Source of the DNA: a virus | Taxonomy: Duplodnaviria; Caudoviricetes | IMG/VR virus record: IMGVR_UViG_3300030329_003272 | Location: 1 to 29,360 of that record | Reading direction: 5' to 3' (one strand) | Length of the DNA: 29,360 nt | Shown here: piece after piece, positions 7,024-16,898 of the stretch | Layout of the letters: every line of letters starts with the position of its first letter | How positions within the stretch are numbered: the first letter of the stretch is position 1 | Program-made: the position numbers and the translations under genes | Notes under the pieces: generated by a model | Told to the model about the DNA's origin: nothing | Database searches by the model: none | The model's input: only the letters and a program-made list of their open reading frames with translations

Positions 7024-7416
7024 TTACCACCCCGTCGCAGGCGTAGAGCCACTGATGTAGTACAGCGTGGTGACGCTGTTGTCAGACCCAGCATTGCACA
7101 CCGAACGATGGTACAGGGTGCCCGTGCTTGAGACGTAGGGCACGGCGGGAGAACTCACGTTATCCACGGTGGCGGCTGCCGTGTCATTTTCCACTATAAT
7201 TGAAGCGGCAGCGGCGGTTGGGTTTGCAGCGTTGCCCAGAATCGGATCGATGGTGGCAGCAGAGCCAGCGGTCTTGGTTGCCTGCTGGCGCAGAATGCGC
7301 CCACGGATGGGAGCCTGGAAGGAGCACTCTGTGGCGGCTCCGGCTTCCGTTTCCGTGATTTGTACGAGGTAATCGTTTCCTTTGCGTGTGATATTAATTG
7401 TGGCGCTGTAGGCCAT
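7024..7416 (-). CDS. Small virion structural protein (130 aa)
   Basis: AGGAG SD, Ala/Thr-rich beta composition, located in the tail module. Confidence 0.6.
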   Translation of the reverse strand: MAYSATINITRKGNDYLVQITETEAGAATECSFQAPIRGRILRQQATKTAGSAATIDPILGNAANPTAAAASIIVENDTAAATVDNVSSPAVPYVSSTGTLYHRSVCNAGSDNSVTTLYYISGSTPATGW

Positions 7417-7426
7417 GATGGGGCTC

Positions 7427-9172
7427 CTATGGTGTTGCGTTGGTGTCTTTGATTGGGTCTTCGATAAGTAGCAGCTCGACCACCGGCGTCACATCTGACC
7501 ACTCAATGGTGCGGACAAGGGCGACGGAATCAATCGAGATCGATGGGTCATTGATTGTCACGACATCCCCCGCTGTCAGCCACGCCAGCTTCCTATCTAT
7601 TGCGTATTGTACCACCCTGGGCGGGGTACACTTGGCTCTGCTCATCCATTGAGCCACGAAGGAGGCTGTGGCGGTGTCGTAGATGAACGGCGCCTCAACC
7701 GTGATAGCTCTTGTGCCGTGCCGCAGATACGATAGCCGGGCGTATGCGTTGGGCCATCCAGTGGCCGCCGCGTTCGTATAGCCTGCCAGACCGCTCTTGG
7801 CTGAGTTGGGATTCATCACCCGCCAGCCTGGAAAGGTGGCCTGCTTGATCGGTTGCTCTGGGTTTCCGTCCAAGGTCGTGCTGGCTGCATAGTCATCGTT
7901 TATGGTGTCCCAGGCATACCGCACGACGATCTCGTTGGCTAGCTCGATATCCTCATACATCACAGCCGAGATGCGAGAACAGTTGCCACCACTCATGCTC
8001 ATCTCAACCAGACTTTCCACCGCATCACTTCTGGTTGCGTCCATGTCCCAGAGGATCGGGTAGACTCCTTCGGAGCCTGAGACCGCCATTGACATAGGCA
8101 ACAGGGGCGCGATGTTGTCAAGTATCCACCGATACGGTGATACCCTCTCGGTAATCTGGCCGCTGGTCTTCATAAACCGCACACGATCCGAAACCGCCGT
8201 AATGCGCCCAATGTCACTTGTGACGGTTGATGCTTTAAAGAGATAGCTCATCAATTCACCAATGTCGTTTAAAGGCTTCCCGTTGCGATCTGGGCGTTGA
8301 CTTTCTATTCCTCCCTCTGTGGTTGCTGATGCGTTGTACCAGGAAACCTGCCAGTCATCATCGGACCATGTGCCACCACCACCGATCCGCAAAACAGTGA
8401 CGACGCGGCCTAATCCGTCTGTTGCCAGCTCTGGCTGTATTGATGAAACAGCCACAGGCGAGGCGGATGCGTTCCACAAAGAAACCCAGTCAGCCATGAC
8501 CGCATGACCCGCAATAAGCAGCTCAGTGTTTGATACCTTGTAGGCCGGCGTTCCAGCCAAACTATTATTTTCTACAATCCCGCCAGAGGCACCGGTGGAT
8601 ATTTGGTTTGGCAGCCTGCCCGGTGTGCCCCAGATGAATGGGTAAGATTTCCCCATCACCGACGTGGACGCCATGGGCCACGTCTCAGCATTAATAACGG
8701 CGGACGGGTCAGGAAACAGCGCCTCATCATCTAAGGTTCTGCTTTTGATTGTGCCGTTGACGGGCTCACCCACATCGCCATAGCTGGCGCTGGTGAATGC
8801 CCCTTTGATGAGCACATACCTATCGTCTCTATTCGTGCCCTTGATCCACAGAGACAGCTCTGCTGTAGCTGCTGCCAAACTCGCCCCATTGGCTACCTTC
8901 TGCGCGATGCTTCCAGGAAACAGAAACTCAACAGACGCTGATGGCAGATCGGTCGCATTTGAGAACAGCGCAAAGGTGGTGCTCAAGGAGGGCGGCACCA
9001 GAGACGGATCATATTGATAGCTGACATTGCTGACGTCTGTGACGGTCACAGCCTCGGACGCAAACAGATAATCTGCGCCCTGAAGATTGAACGTTAGAAG
9101 CCAAACAAGCTCGCCTGTCTGGAGCGCCTCACGATCCAGCAGTGATCCGATATCGCCACGAACACCACCCAT
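7427..9172 (-). CDS. Tail tip / baseplate hub protein
   Basis: Second gene after the tape measure. C-terminal LAWLTAGDVVTINDP...ALVRTIEW resembles tail hub (GD-V-I) domains. Confidence 0.7.
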   Translation of the reverse strand: MGGVRGDIGSLLDREALQTGELVWLLTFNLQGADYLFASEAVTVTDVSNVSYQYDPSLVPPSLSTTFALFSNATDLPSASVEFLFPGSIAQKVANGASLAAATAELSLWIKGTNRDDRYVLIKGAFTSASYGDVGEPVNGTIKSRTLDDEALFPDPSAVINAETWPMASTSVMGKSYPFIWGTPGRLPNQISTGASGGIVENNSLAGTPAYKVSNTELLIAGHAVMADWVSLWNASASPVAVSSIQPELATDGLGRVVTVLRIGGGGTWSDDDWQVSWYNASATTEGGIESQRPDRNGKPLNDIGELMSYLFKASTVTSDIGRITAVSDRVRFMKTSGQITERVSPYRWILDNIAPLLPMSMAVSGSEGVYPILWDMDATRSDAVESLVEMSMSGGNCSRISAVMYEDIELANEIVVRYAWDTINDDYAASTTLDGNPEQPIKQATFPGWRVMNPNSAKSGLAGYTNAAATGWPNAYARLSYLRHGTRAITVEAPFIYDTATASFVAQWMSRAKCTPPRVVQYAIDRKLAWLTAGDVVTINDPSISIDSVALVRTIEWSDVTPVVELLLIEDPIKDTNATP

Positions 9173-12100
9173 CAGACCTCTTCCTCAATGGTGAGAGCCC
9201 CGATGGTCATCAGCTCACCCGCGTCTGGGTCGTCCTCTTCACCCAGCACCGTGTCAAGCTCCACGTTCCCAAGGACGCGGCCATATAGGAACCGGTCCTG
9301 ACTGGTGGTCTGGTATACGCCGTTGGCAATGTCTGAGCCTGGACCGTATCCAGGCGCATCATCTGCAAAGGTCACGTTGGTCGCTGTGAGGTTCTTGGGG
9401 TTCGATCCGGAGTCCGTCAGCGTTGGCAGCGTGTCGCCGTCGCCCATCTTCCAATGGTGGAGCGGCGTGGCCCCGTTGAGGTTGGCGCTCGCGCTACCTG
9501 GAAGCCCATGGTTGAACAGGCGCCGAACCTCGGACACATCAAGCGCCTTACCCCAAATGGTGATGTCGTCGATGTTTGCCAACAGACCACCCGAGGAACC
9601 ACCAACACGAAACACGGTTCCACTCTGAATGGTGGAGGCTATGGTGGTGCCGTTGCTGGTGTGAGATTGCGCGATGCCATCAACGTAAATCTCCAGACCA
9701 TTCACCGAGGACAGCCCGTCGTAGGTGCAAACGACGTGATGCCATGCGTCATCATCGAAGGTGTCTATGTTGGTGTTGATTCGGATTTCGTTGGTGGAAC
9801 TATCCTCGATTCTCCAGGACACCTCTCCAGGGTCTGCCCCATAGAAGGAGAGGCTGTATCCGGTCGCGGTGGTTGAAACCTGTTTGTCGATAATGCGGTG
9901 CCAGATGGTGCTGACCGTTGTGCGCCTGAACCACAGGGATATTGAGAACGCATCGGTTCGGTCGAAGTTGGCACACGTCGCATCTGCTGACGAGGCATAA
10001 GCCGAGCCATTAAAGGCGGCGCTCTTTGACGATGAAGAGGTGGGCTCAAACCTGGGTACGTTCGCCAGATACACCACCGGCACCGCCGAGCCATCTATCC
10101 CCTCAACGATACCGCGCATCGTGGCGGGCGTATTGCCCTTAGAAGCGACGACAGCCGCGCCGGCACCTCCTGACACCTTGTAGTAGTCGGGGAAGGGATA
10201 GAGGCCCGATATGGGCGTCACGTCCACAGGCTCAGACCAACCGAATGCCACGCTTCGGCGGGATGGTCCCAGCACGCGGGCGCTTCTGGTTCCGTCTCGT
10301 GTTGTTGTGAGCTGCGTGTTGGTTGCTGTCGCGAGGTTTCGAGACCAGGAATAGTCATGGGCTAAGAGGTGCGCCTGACCAATCACAACAGAGCCAATCT
10401 TGAAGTACCCGTCTGGCGTGGTCTGCGCGTCAATGACGAGCTTGAGCTTGGTGTATTTGTTCGCCACCCCGGAAGCGATACCCAGCAGGCGCGGTGCCCA
10501 GATGTTGCACAGCCCGTTGGCAGGCTCTGTGCCGTCGGCTCCAGCTATCCGCAGAGACGGAAGTTGCACCGTGTCCTGGGTGCGCCAGATGCCTGCCGCG
10601 TTGTCTGTGATGGTGCGAAACTTGGAGGAGCCCAGGTCCACCACCCCATCGCGCATCTCGTTCTCGTGTAAGTACCGCGTACCGCTGGCCGCCTCTCCGT
10701 CTGTCTTGACGGTGATGGTATCATCTACCCGGTTGTAGGGAAGCTCTAAGAACTCAGCCGCAGCATCCAGGCTCATCAATGTCGTCCAGGTAGATCCCGA
10801 CTCATTCCAGCCTGACAGCGTAGCCGTGCGCCAGTTGATACCCTCAAGCAGAATACCCAGGGTGTCATAGGCAATCAGGGATTGCAGATCCCACTCCAAC
10901 GTCTCAGAGGTCACTCCAGTCGAGCGCCACTCCGTGCGCGGGCTTGGGTATGTCCTGGGATGACACCGCCCAACCTCATAGCTGTATCTGGTCACCACCT
11001 TCCATGAATCCGCCGGCCACGCTGGACCATCCACAGCCGCCAGCCGAACCCCATCATTGATGTATGTGGGAAGCGCCCCAATGGCTTTGGCGTTAAGGTC
11101 GGTGGGGTTGGTAAATCCGGCAGCCTTGCTTGTGCCTGCGTTCGATAAATGTGCCACGCCGTTCACTGAATACCACGTGCTATCCCGCGCATCAGCGCCC
11201 ACCCCGGCAATGCCCCATCTGACAAAGCTGTCAGCCGCCACAGCGCTCACGGTGAGGGTGCGAACAATCGGTACAGCGGTCCAGGCTCGGTCATCGGAGA
11301 AGGTGCCATGGGTATATGTCCGATACCAGATGGATACCTTGGCCAGAGATGGCTCAGTCTCACGCGCTGCTATCAAGAGCTGGATGCCATTTGTTGTGTC
11401 AAGGCTTCCAATGGTGGCATAGTCTGACGAGCCGTGTTCATCGCGACACACAATCTTGGTTGTCCCTACGTATACAGAAACCTTGTATTGTCTCGCAGCG
11501 CCGCCGGTCCCATCTCCCAGAAGCACCTGAACATATGGCCCATACTTGGCCGAGCTTGGGTCTGGGGCGGCTGTCACTTTAAAGTCAGCCAGTGCCATCA
11601 CACCATTCTCTATTTCGCAATTCCAGTTAGCCGAATAGTATTTGCTGCCACCGCCCGCGTTGGATTGCACCCGGAAGGAGCCGGCGCCCAATGTCATCGT
11701 CTGACCGGAGCCCGCCGATGTTGCGGTCCAACCAAGCCGGGTGGGCTCGTCGACGGGAATATATGTAGCATCCCAACCAACACGCCGCGTCGATCTAGAC
11801 TCAGCCAAGACGCCGGGCATGTTGATGTTTGAATACCCACCCAGGTACGCACAGAACAAGCTGCCCTTGTATGTGTTCGTACCTCCTGGCTTGCCCATGT
11901 TGTGAATAAGCACCGTGCGCCCGTGTTGGGCTGTAGCGGTCCACTCATTCAGATATTCACTTGCCGCAGCCCCCGTTACGCCCGTGACGATGGTGGTGCC
12001 TTGGCTGTCTTGGGCTCCCGCGTTGTAACCCATCACCGACCAGTTGCCGCCGTAGTCATACGAGACCGCTTCGTAGACTTCTCCATATGTGGTGCTGGAG

Positions 12101-13335
12101 CCTTGATACCAGCCCTGGCCTATTACAAATATGGCCCCGGTTCCATCCGTCCATATCGCGGTATCGCCCTGCACAAATGTGTCTGGATTTGTGGCCGCGT
12201 TGAGATATCCGTTGGTGTTGTTGCCCGCTGCTGCCTCGTCTGCTGGGTCAGTAAATACGGTTGTGGCTGTATCAGCTCTGAAAGGCTGGAAGGCATTGGC
12301 TGTGCGCTTGCTCCGCGCATAGATTCGGTAGTTGTTCGTCGCGTATTCCCGAAGCCCCAGGTAGACCATGACGAACATGTTGCCCGCAAACACAACATCA
12401 GGCTTGGCGCCATAAGTATCTGGGAATGCTTTAGGGCTCCAGCTATCCGTGATGGGCCAGAGGTCCACCTTGGCGAAGGAGTTGCCAAAGTCATCACTTG
12501 CATATTGCAGGATCGCGTCCCCGTAGTCACTGCTGGATGATGCGTTTGCAACATGGAACACCATGCAGAGCTGACCATTGCCATAAGCAACCCGCATCTT
12601 GTGCACCGTCTGTGCGGTGAGGCTGATGGACTCCAGCAAGATATCCGCAGCGCCCGCTGTCCAGGTCGCACCCTGGTCGTCTGAGTACCACATATCCACC
12701 TGGACGGCTGTGCTCTGTTGCTCCTTGGCATAACAACCGAACAACAGCACGCGGCCAGACGGAAGCTCCACAAGAGAGGGCTTCATGCTGGCAGCAGCGG
12801 CGCCCGCTCCGATGGTCGGACGGCCATAGACAACAACGGGCGTCCCCCACTGATTGGTGGTTTCACTGAGAGCTACTACCTCAAACCGGTTGTCTGTCGC
12901 TGTGCCCGCCGCATATTCTGCGTTGTAGGCCACCAGAACGCGCCCAGAATCGAGGGTGATGGCGTGCGGGTGCTCGCAGTCGTTTGGGGCGCTAAAGTCG
13001 GACGTGCCGCTATCTGCGGAAACGGCAACTTGCCAGCCGTTCAGTTGGTTGTATTCGTCGAAGCCCCGGTATGCGGTGGCGGCGTCGGCCTCATTCTTCC
13101 ATGCGATCCCCGCCTGACCCAACGTAGGAAACCCGCCACGCTTGGCAATGACGCGCAGGTCTTTGGCGGCGCTCTGGCTGCCCGAACTCTTGAGCACCAT
13201 GTCTGTATTGTTCAGAGGCTCAGGCACGCCCGGTGCTGGGCCTGCCTGGGATGGCACCGTTGTCATTGCCTCCGGCGTCACGCGGGCGTCAGGGATGAGC
13301 AGACCACGGAAGCTTGATTTGATAATCTCGGCCAT
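9172..13335 (-). CDS. Large tail protein (1387 aa): Asp-box/BNR propeller, Dit-like C-terminal region, inserted LamG/ConA lectin domain
   Basis: Asp boxes YSDDQGATW, ASDDFGNSF and VSYDYGGNW. LamG motifs FSISLWFR, WHHVVCTYDG, LEIYVDG and IDDITIWGKAL. Directly follows the tape measure. Confidence 0.8.
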   Translation of the reverse strand: MAEIIKSSFRGLLIPDARVTPEAMTTVPSQAGPAPGVPEPLNNTDMVLKSSGSQSAAKDLRVIAKRGGFPTLGQAGIAWKNEADAATAYRGFDEYNQLNGWQVAVSADSGTSDFSAPNDCEHPHAITLDSGRVLVAYNAEYAAGTATDNRFEVVALSETTNQWGTPVVVYGRPTIGAGAAAASMKPSLVELPSGRVLLFGCYAKEQQSTAVQVDMWYSDDQGATWTAGAADILLESISLTAQTVHKMRVAYGNGQLCMVFHVANASSSSDYGDAILQYASDDFGNSFAKVDLWPITDSWSPKAFPDTYGAKPDVVFAGNMFVMVYLGLREYATNNYRIYARSKRTANAFQPFRADTATTVFTDPADEAAAGNNTNGYLNAATNPDTFVQGDTAIWTDGTGAIFVIGQGWYQGSSTTYGEVYEAVSYDYGGNWSVMGYNAGAQDSQGTTIVTGVTGAAASEYLNEWTATAQHGRTVLIHNMGKPGGTNTYKGSLFCAYLGGYSNINMPGVLAESRSTRRVGWDATYIPVDEPTRLGWTATSAGSGQTMTLGAGSFRVQSNAGGGSKYYSANWNCEIENGVMALADFKVTAAPDPSSAKYGPYVQVLLGDGTGGAARQYKVSVYVGTTKIVCRDEHGSSDYATIGSLDTTNGIQLLIAARETEPSLAKVSIWYRTYTHGTFSDDRAWTAVPIVRTLTVSAVAADSFVRWGIAGVGADARDSTWYSVNGVAHLSNAGTSKAAGFTNPTDLNAKAIGALPTYINDGVRLAAVDGPAWPADSWKVVTRYSYEVGRCHPRTYPSPRTEWRSTGVTSETLEWDLQSLIAYDTLGILLEGINWRTATLSGWNESGSTWTTLMSLDAAAEFLELPYNRVDDTITVKTDGEAASGTRYLHENEMRDGVVDLGSSKFRTITDNAAGIWRTQDTVQLPSLRIAGADGTEPANGLCNIWAPRLLGIASGVANKYTKLKLVIDAQTTPDGYFKIGSVVIGQAHLLAHDYSWSRNLATATNTQLTTTRDGTRSARVLGPSRRSVAFGWSEPVDVTPISGLYPFPDYYKVSGGAGAAVVASKGNTPATMRGIVEGIDGSAVPVVYLANVPRFEPTSSSSKSAAFNGSAYASSADATCANFDRTDAFSISLWFRRTTVSTIWHRIIDKQVSTTATGYSLSFYGADPGEVSWRIEDSSTNEIRINTNIDTFDDDAWHHVVCTYDGLSSVNGLEIYVDGIAQSHTSNGTTIASTIQSGTVFRVGGSSGGLLANIDDITIWGKALDVSEVRRLFNHGLPGSASANLNGATPLHHWKMGDGDTLPTLTDSGSNPKNLTATNVTFADDAPGYGPGSDIANGVYQTTSQDRFLYGRVLGNVELDTVLGEEDDPDAGELMTIGALTIEEEV

Positions 13336-15302
13336 TAGCTGTTTCGTCCTCTTGTGCGCCCGGCGGTCTTGGCGGCGCTGGAGATGTAGTCTCTAAGCGG
13401 TGACTTCGGGCGCTTGATGTTGTCGATGATGAACCGGTCAAAGACTCGGTGGTTGTAGGTCATCTCAACCACAACCGGCTGAGAACGAATCGCGCCAACT
13501 ACCTGCTCAGTTGTGCCTATTAGTTGTGACAATTGCCCGCTGATGTCTCCGCTGTTGAGCGCATCAATACCAGCCTTGCCACCAAGGGATGCTGTTGTGC
13601 TTGCGGTGAGAACACCCTCACCACCGTGCGCCGTGATGGGTACAGGCCCGGAACCTGGGACCATACCACCCACCTCGAAAGAGGGCATAGGGGTCGCGGT
13701 GATGGCGGCCACCTGGACGCCTGTAGCAGCAATAGCAGCAGCGGCCAGAGGCACACCAGCAGGGAAGCCATAGGTTGCCATGGTCTTGGCTGCTGCGGCA
13801 TACCCGTCAATCACAGCCTGAGCGACCGATGCGGCCTGGACGATACCGAACTGTATGATGGCTCGCTTCTTTTGGCCCTCGGTCATCTTCTCTTCATTTG
13901 CCGTCAGCGCCTCGATCCGTGCTGTTGACATGTCGATAAGAGTGGTGCTCATTTCTGAGCCATACGAAATCGCCTTGTCCCTTTCCTCTTGTTTCGCGGC
14001 AAGTATCTTTTCGCTTGCTGCTTTTGCATCGGCGGCCATCTGTTCTTGTGCGGCAAGATTACGAGCCACCATCTGCTGGTAGATCTCTTCCTCTTGGGCT
14101 TGGTAGGCCGCACGAATGTCGAACATTTCCGAATACATCTTGTCTTCGGCAGCTACAAAGCGCGCGCTCTTCTCCTCCGCTGCAAGGCCAAGATTCGCGA
14201 TAGCCTCCATCTCATCCACAAAGGCTTCCTCACGCGCCGCTATCGCCGCATCGCGGGCCTGCTGTACCTTCTCTAAGGCTGTGGGTTCAGCCTCGATGGA
14301 TTGCATCAATGCGGCAGACGCCTCCTGAGCTGCAAGCAATGACGCGGCCCAGTCCTGCGTGGCAACCTCTGCCTCTTTGGTGGCTCTGGTGCTTTCCTTT
14401 TGGGTTTTGTTTGTTTTGGCAAGACCTTCGTTTACTTGAATAAAGGCGCCTGTCTTTTTGTCGAGTGTTTCGATTTCCCGCTCAATGCTCGCCACAAGCT
14501 GCTCTGCGTTCGCCAGACGCTCTTCTGCTGCGTCCTTTGAGAGCTTTCGAATACCAGCAGCAAGAGGCAAGATGGGCAGCGCTGCGGCCAGAGCCGCCTT
14601 CTCCACCAGCGTCATCTCTTTAGCCACGGCAAGCTCTTCGCGAGCCAGCGCAAGTCGCTCCTGTGCTGCTTGCTTCAAAGGCCCAAACTGCTGGAGGGAT
14701 TGCTGCCGGATGAGTTGCGACTCCATCTCCTCCTGGGTCATCGTGCCTTGTGCAACCGCCAGCTTCATGGTTGCATTTTTGAGCATCTGATACTTAGGCA
14801 ACAGCGCGGCCATCCTGGCGTCTTGCGCTTCGATCTTCTCGTTGGCTTCTCGGATCTCCTTGGTGAGCAGGAAGTAGGCGCCACCCATCGCACCGACGGC
14901 AGCAGTCACAGCCAACACACCAGGATGCAGTACGGCAGACAACGCACCGCCCTGGAGCTTGGTCATCCTGACGGCACCCTCAGCGGCGCCAGCCATGTCG
15001 CCCAAGCCACGGGCAGCAGCACCCAGGCGCGGGTCAATGAAGTCCAGGGCGGCACCCAGCGCGGCAGCACTGGAGGACATCTCGCCGAACTCGTCTTTGG
15101 TGTTCTCGGCTGATTCGGACAGCTTCTTCATCCGGCGCGAGTTGGCAACCATCTTGGTGCCAGCCTTGTCGACACCCTTGCCGGCTTTGGCCGCGCTTCC
15201 GCCTACGTCTCCAAGAGCTTTGGCGGCGCGGGCTGATGCGTTCTCAAGGTCGGAGGAGTCACCCGCAATCTTGATTTTGATTTCGCCGCCGTCTCTTGCC
15301 AT
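13335..15302 (-). CDS. Tail tape measure protein (655 aa)
   Basis: N-terminal EIKIKIAGDSSDL, Ala-rich helical body, hydrophobic segments, C-terminal FEVGGMVPG...AHGGEGVL. Follows the chaperone pair. Confidence 0.9.
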   Translation of the reverse strand: MARDGGEIKIKIAGDSSDLENASARAAKALGDVGGSAAKAGKGVDKAGTKMVANSRRMKKLSESAENTKDEFGEMSSSAAALGAALDFIDPRLGAAARGLGDMAGAAEGAVRMTKLQGGALSAVLHPGVLAVTAAVGAMGGAYFLLTKEIREANEKIEAQDARMAALLPKYQMLKNATMKLAVAQGTMTQEEMESQLIRQQSLQQFGPLKQAAQERLALAREELAVAKEMTLVEKAALAAALPILPLAAGIRKLSKDAAEERLANAEQLVASIEREIETLDKKTGAFIQVNEGLAKTNKTQKESTRATKEAEVATQDWAASLLAAQEASAALMQSIEAEPTALEKVQQARDAAIAAREEAFVDEMEAIANLGLAAEEKSARFVAAEDKMYSEMFDIRAAYQAQEEEIYQQMVARNLAAQEQMAADAKAASEKILAAKQEERDKAISYGSEMSTTLIDMSTARIEALTANEEKMTEGQKKRAIIQFGIVQAASVAQAVIDGYAAAAKTMATYGFPAGVPLAAAAIAATGVQVAAITATPMPSFEVGGMVPGSGPVPITAHGGEGVLTASTTASLGGKAGIDALNSGDISGQLSQLIGTTEQVVGAIRSQPVVVEMTYNHRVFDRFIIDNIKRPKSPLRDYISSAAKTAGRTRGRNS

Positions 15303-15303
15303 C

Positions 15304-15533
15304 TTAGTGCCCGTATTGCTTCAAATAGTTTTGCTTTCGCCTGTCCAGTTCTCGCTGCTGTGCCTTCCTTGCCTGCTTCTTGGCCTGTTCGGGTGTCTCC
15401 AATGTCAGATACAAGTCGGCGAGGAGCATGGTTTGTGTGTGCTTTGGTTGGGTCGCAAACCATCCAGGCTCACGACCCCACCTCCGCTCAACTTCCATGA
15501 TGTTGCGCTCTATCCATCCGCGCCGACTTCGGA
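15304..15533 (-). CDS. Tail assembly chaperone, -1 frame extension (gpT analogue)
   Basis: The -1 frame after the slippery site reads FRSRRGWIERNI into MEVERRWG... with no stop until 15304. Confidence 0.75.
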
Positions 15534-15890
15534 AAAATCCTTGGCCTGTTCCACCTCGTCATTGGAGGGCAGCATCTTCGCCACCTCGCTAATGAAGTTG
15601 TGGCCTAACAGATAGATCGGCTCAACCGGCGTTTGCTGCTTCGCAAGCCAGTCCATGATCTCACCGCCATATGCGATTGGATCACACGCTGCGATGTTGT
15701 ACCTGGGTGGCTTCTTCCCTTCGTTGTCTTCACTCCAACACATCCCAACGGCGGCGCACACTAAGCGCCCCAATTTGTTGGGCTGGTCCAAGCTGTTGTG
15801 GTAGCAGTTCATCAGGTCGTAGACAGCCGCGAATGACTTTGGCCTCTGGATCTGAATCTGCCCCAAGGGCGGAAGGTTGATCGGTTCCAT
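15510..15890 (-). CDS. Tail assembly chaperone (gpG analogue)
   Basis: Position between tail tube and tape measure, AGGAG SD, frameshift site. Confidence 0.78.
   Translation of the reverse strand: MEPINLPPLGQIQIQRPKSFAAVYDLMNCYHNSLDQPNKLGRLVCAAVGMCWSEDNEGKKPPRYNIAACDPIAYGGEIMDWLAKQQTPVEPIYLLGHNFISEVAKMLPSNDEVEQAKDFSEVGADG
15534..15540 (-). other. Programmed -1 frameshift slippery heptamer G-GAT-TTT
   Basis: AAG GAT TTT TCC near the end of the chaperone gene, in the canonical position between tail tube and tape measure. Confidence 0.75.
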
Positions 15891-15917
15891 GTTTGCTCCT
15901 GCTGAAAGCTAAATGGT

Positions 15918-16400
15918 TCAGGAAATGCCGGTGTATGTGATGCCACCATAGACTTCGCCTTGCACGTTGATTACGTTCGGATCTCCTTCGGCAAAGTCCC
16001 AACGGAAAAGCACGCGACTGAAGGTGGCGACCGCATCAGCGGCTGCCCCGTGAGCTGTGGCCTCGACGGTGATTTTGCAGTCGAGCATGTACGGCTCATA
16101 GCCACTGCCACCGGTAGAGGTCCAGCCTGCTTGGTTGTTCAGCACAGTGGTCAGCGTGGAGGCTGTGCCGTTGGTGAACTCGCGCATGTGAACGCTGAAG
16201 CTCAGGCTCCCCACCGGGTCGTCCGTCTTGCGGAGGCCCACGATGGTTCCACGGTCGCGGATGACGACGGTTTCTGCCTGCTCGGCTCCATTGTCAAAGG
16301 TGAAGTTCCCATCTTCATAATCCACGTCCATACTGGACCCGCCTGCGAAGATTGAGATTGTTCCGTCCCTGCGGACTTTGACTACATTGTCTGCGGCCAT
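15918..16400 (-). CDS. Major tail (tube) protein
   Basis: 160 aa beta-rich protein (GSLSFSVHMREF, INVQGEVYG) upstream of the chaperone and tape measure. AGGAG SD. Confidence 0.75.
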   Translation of the reverse strand: MAADNVVKVRRDGTISIFAGGSSMDVDYEDGNFTFDNGAEQAETVVIRDRGTIVGLRKTDDPVGSLSFSVHMREFTNGTASTLTTVLNNQAGWTSTGGSGYEPYMLDCKITVEATAHGAAADAVATFSRVLFRWDFAEGDPNVINVQGEVYGGITYTGIS

Positions 16401-16409
16401 GTTTGACTC

Positions 16410-16898
16410 CTAGTCTGTGATTTGTCGGAAGACTGCTTCTGAAGTGATGTTCTGTCTGAGGGTTTTGCGGGTGCCATCATTGGCGAGAGCTTCAAGCGCG
16501 GCCTCTGCCATACGCTCACGAAGAAGGGGCAGGCTGTCCAGCACACCAGCTAAGACCTCGTGCCAAGCGGGCGTTCCCTTCTTGCCTACTCGATGCACAA
16601 AGCCAGCGTACATGTCACCGCTGCGTGGGTCGCGTGCTTTGTTGAACACTTCCAGAAGTTGACCATCTGCGGCGCCAGTTACGGCTGCACGCCAGCCGGC
16701 CTGGGACGTGCCTTTCCTTCCGTAATACTTGCGGGCGGGTGTGTACTGTTTGCCATATGCCCAGCCAACCCACTTGTCAGACGCCATATCGGCGAGGTCT
16801 TTGGCGTGCTCCTCAAGCACCGCACGCTCCTCCGCAAAGAAGTCTTGGCCAAGCTCCAGGTTGATACCGTCCAGTGTGATCTCTACGCTTGAGCCCAT
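16410..16898 (-). CDS. HK97 gp10-like tail completion protein, copy 2
   Basis: KGTSQAGW...EVFNKA...YAGFVH parallels the upstream gene. TGATG coupling at 16898. Confidence 0.55.
   Translation of the reverse strand: MGSSVEITLDGINLELGQDFFAEERAVLEEHAKDLADMASDKWVGWAYGKQYTPARKYYGRKGTSQAGWRAAVTGAADGQLLEVFNKARDPRSGDMYAGFVHRVGKKGTPAWHEVLAGVLDSLPLLRERMAEAALEALANDGTRKTLRQNITSEAVFRQITD

Noticed and set aside
4024-7131. Long plus-strand ORFs antisense to lysis and tail genes (4024-4557, 4826-5503, 6227-7000)
   Set aside because: Typical antisense open frames in GC-rich DNA, with low-complexity or unnatural translations.
7427-9172. Impression of lower GC in the tail hub gene, suggesting recent exchange
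   Set aside because: I could not quantify this by eye. It needs a sliding-window GC and codon-usage calculation.
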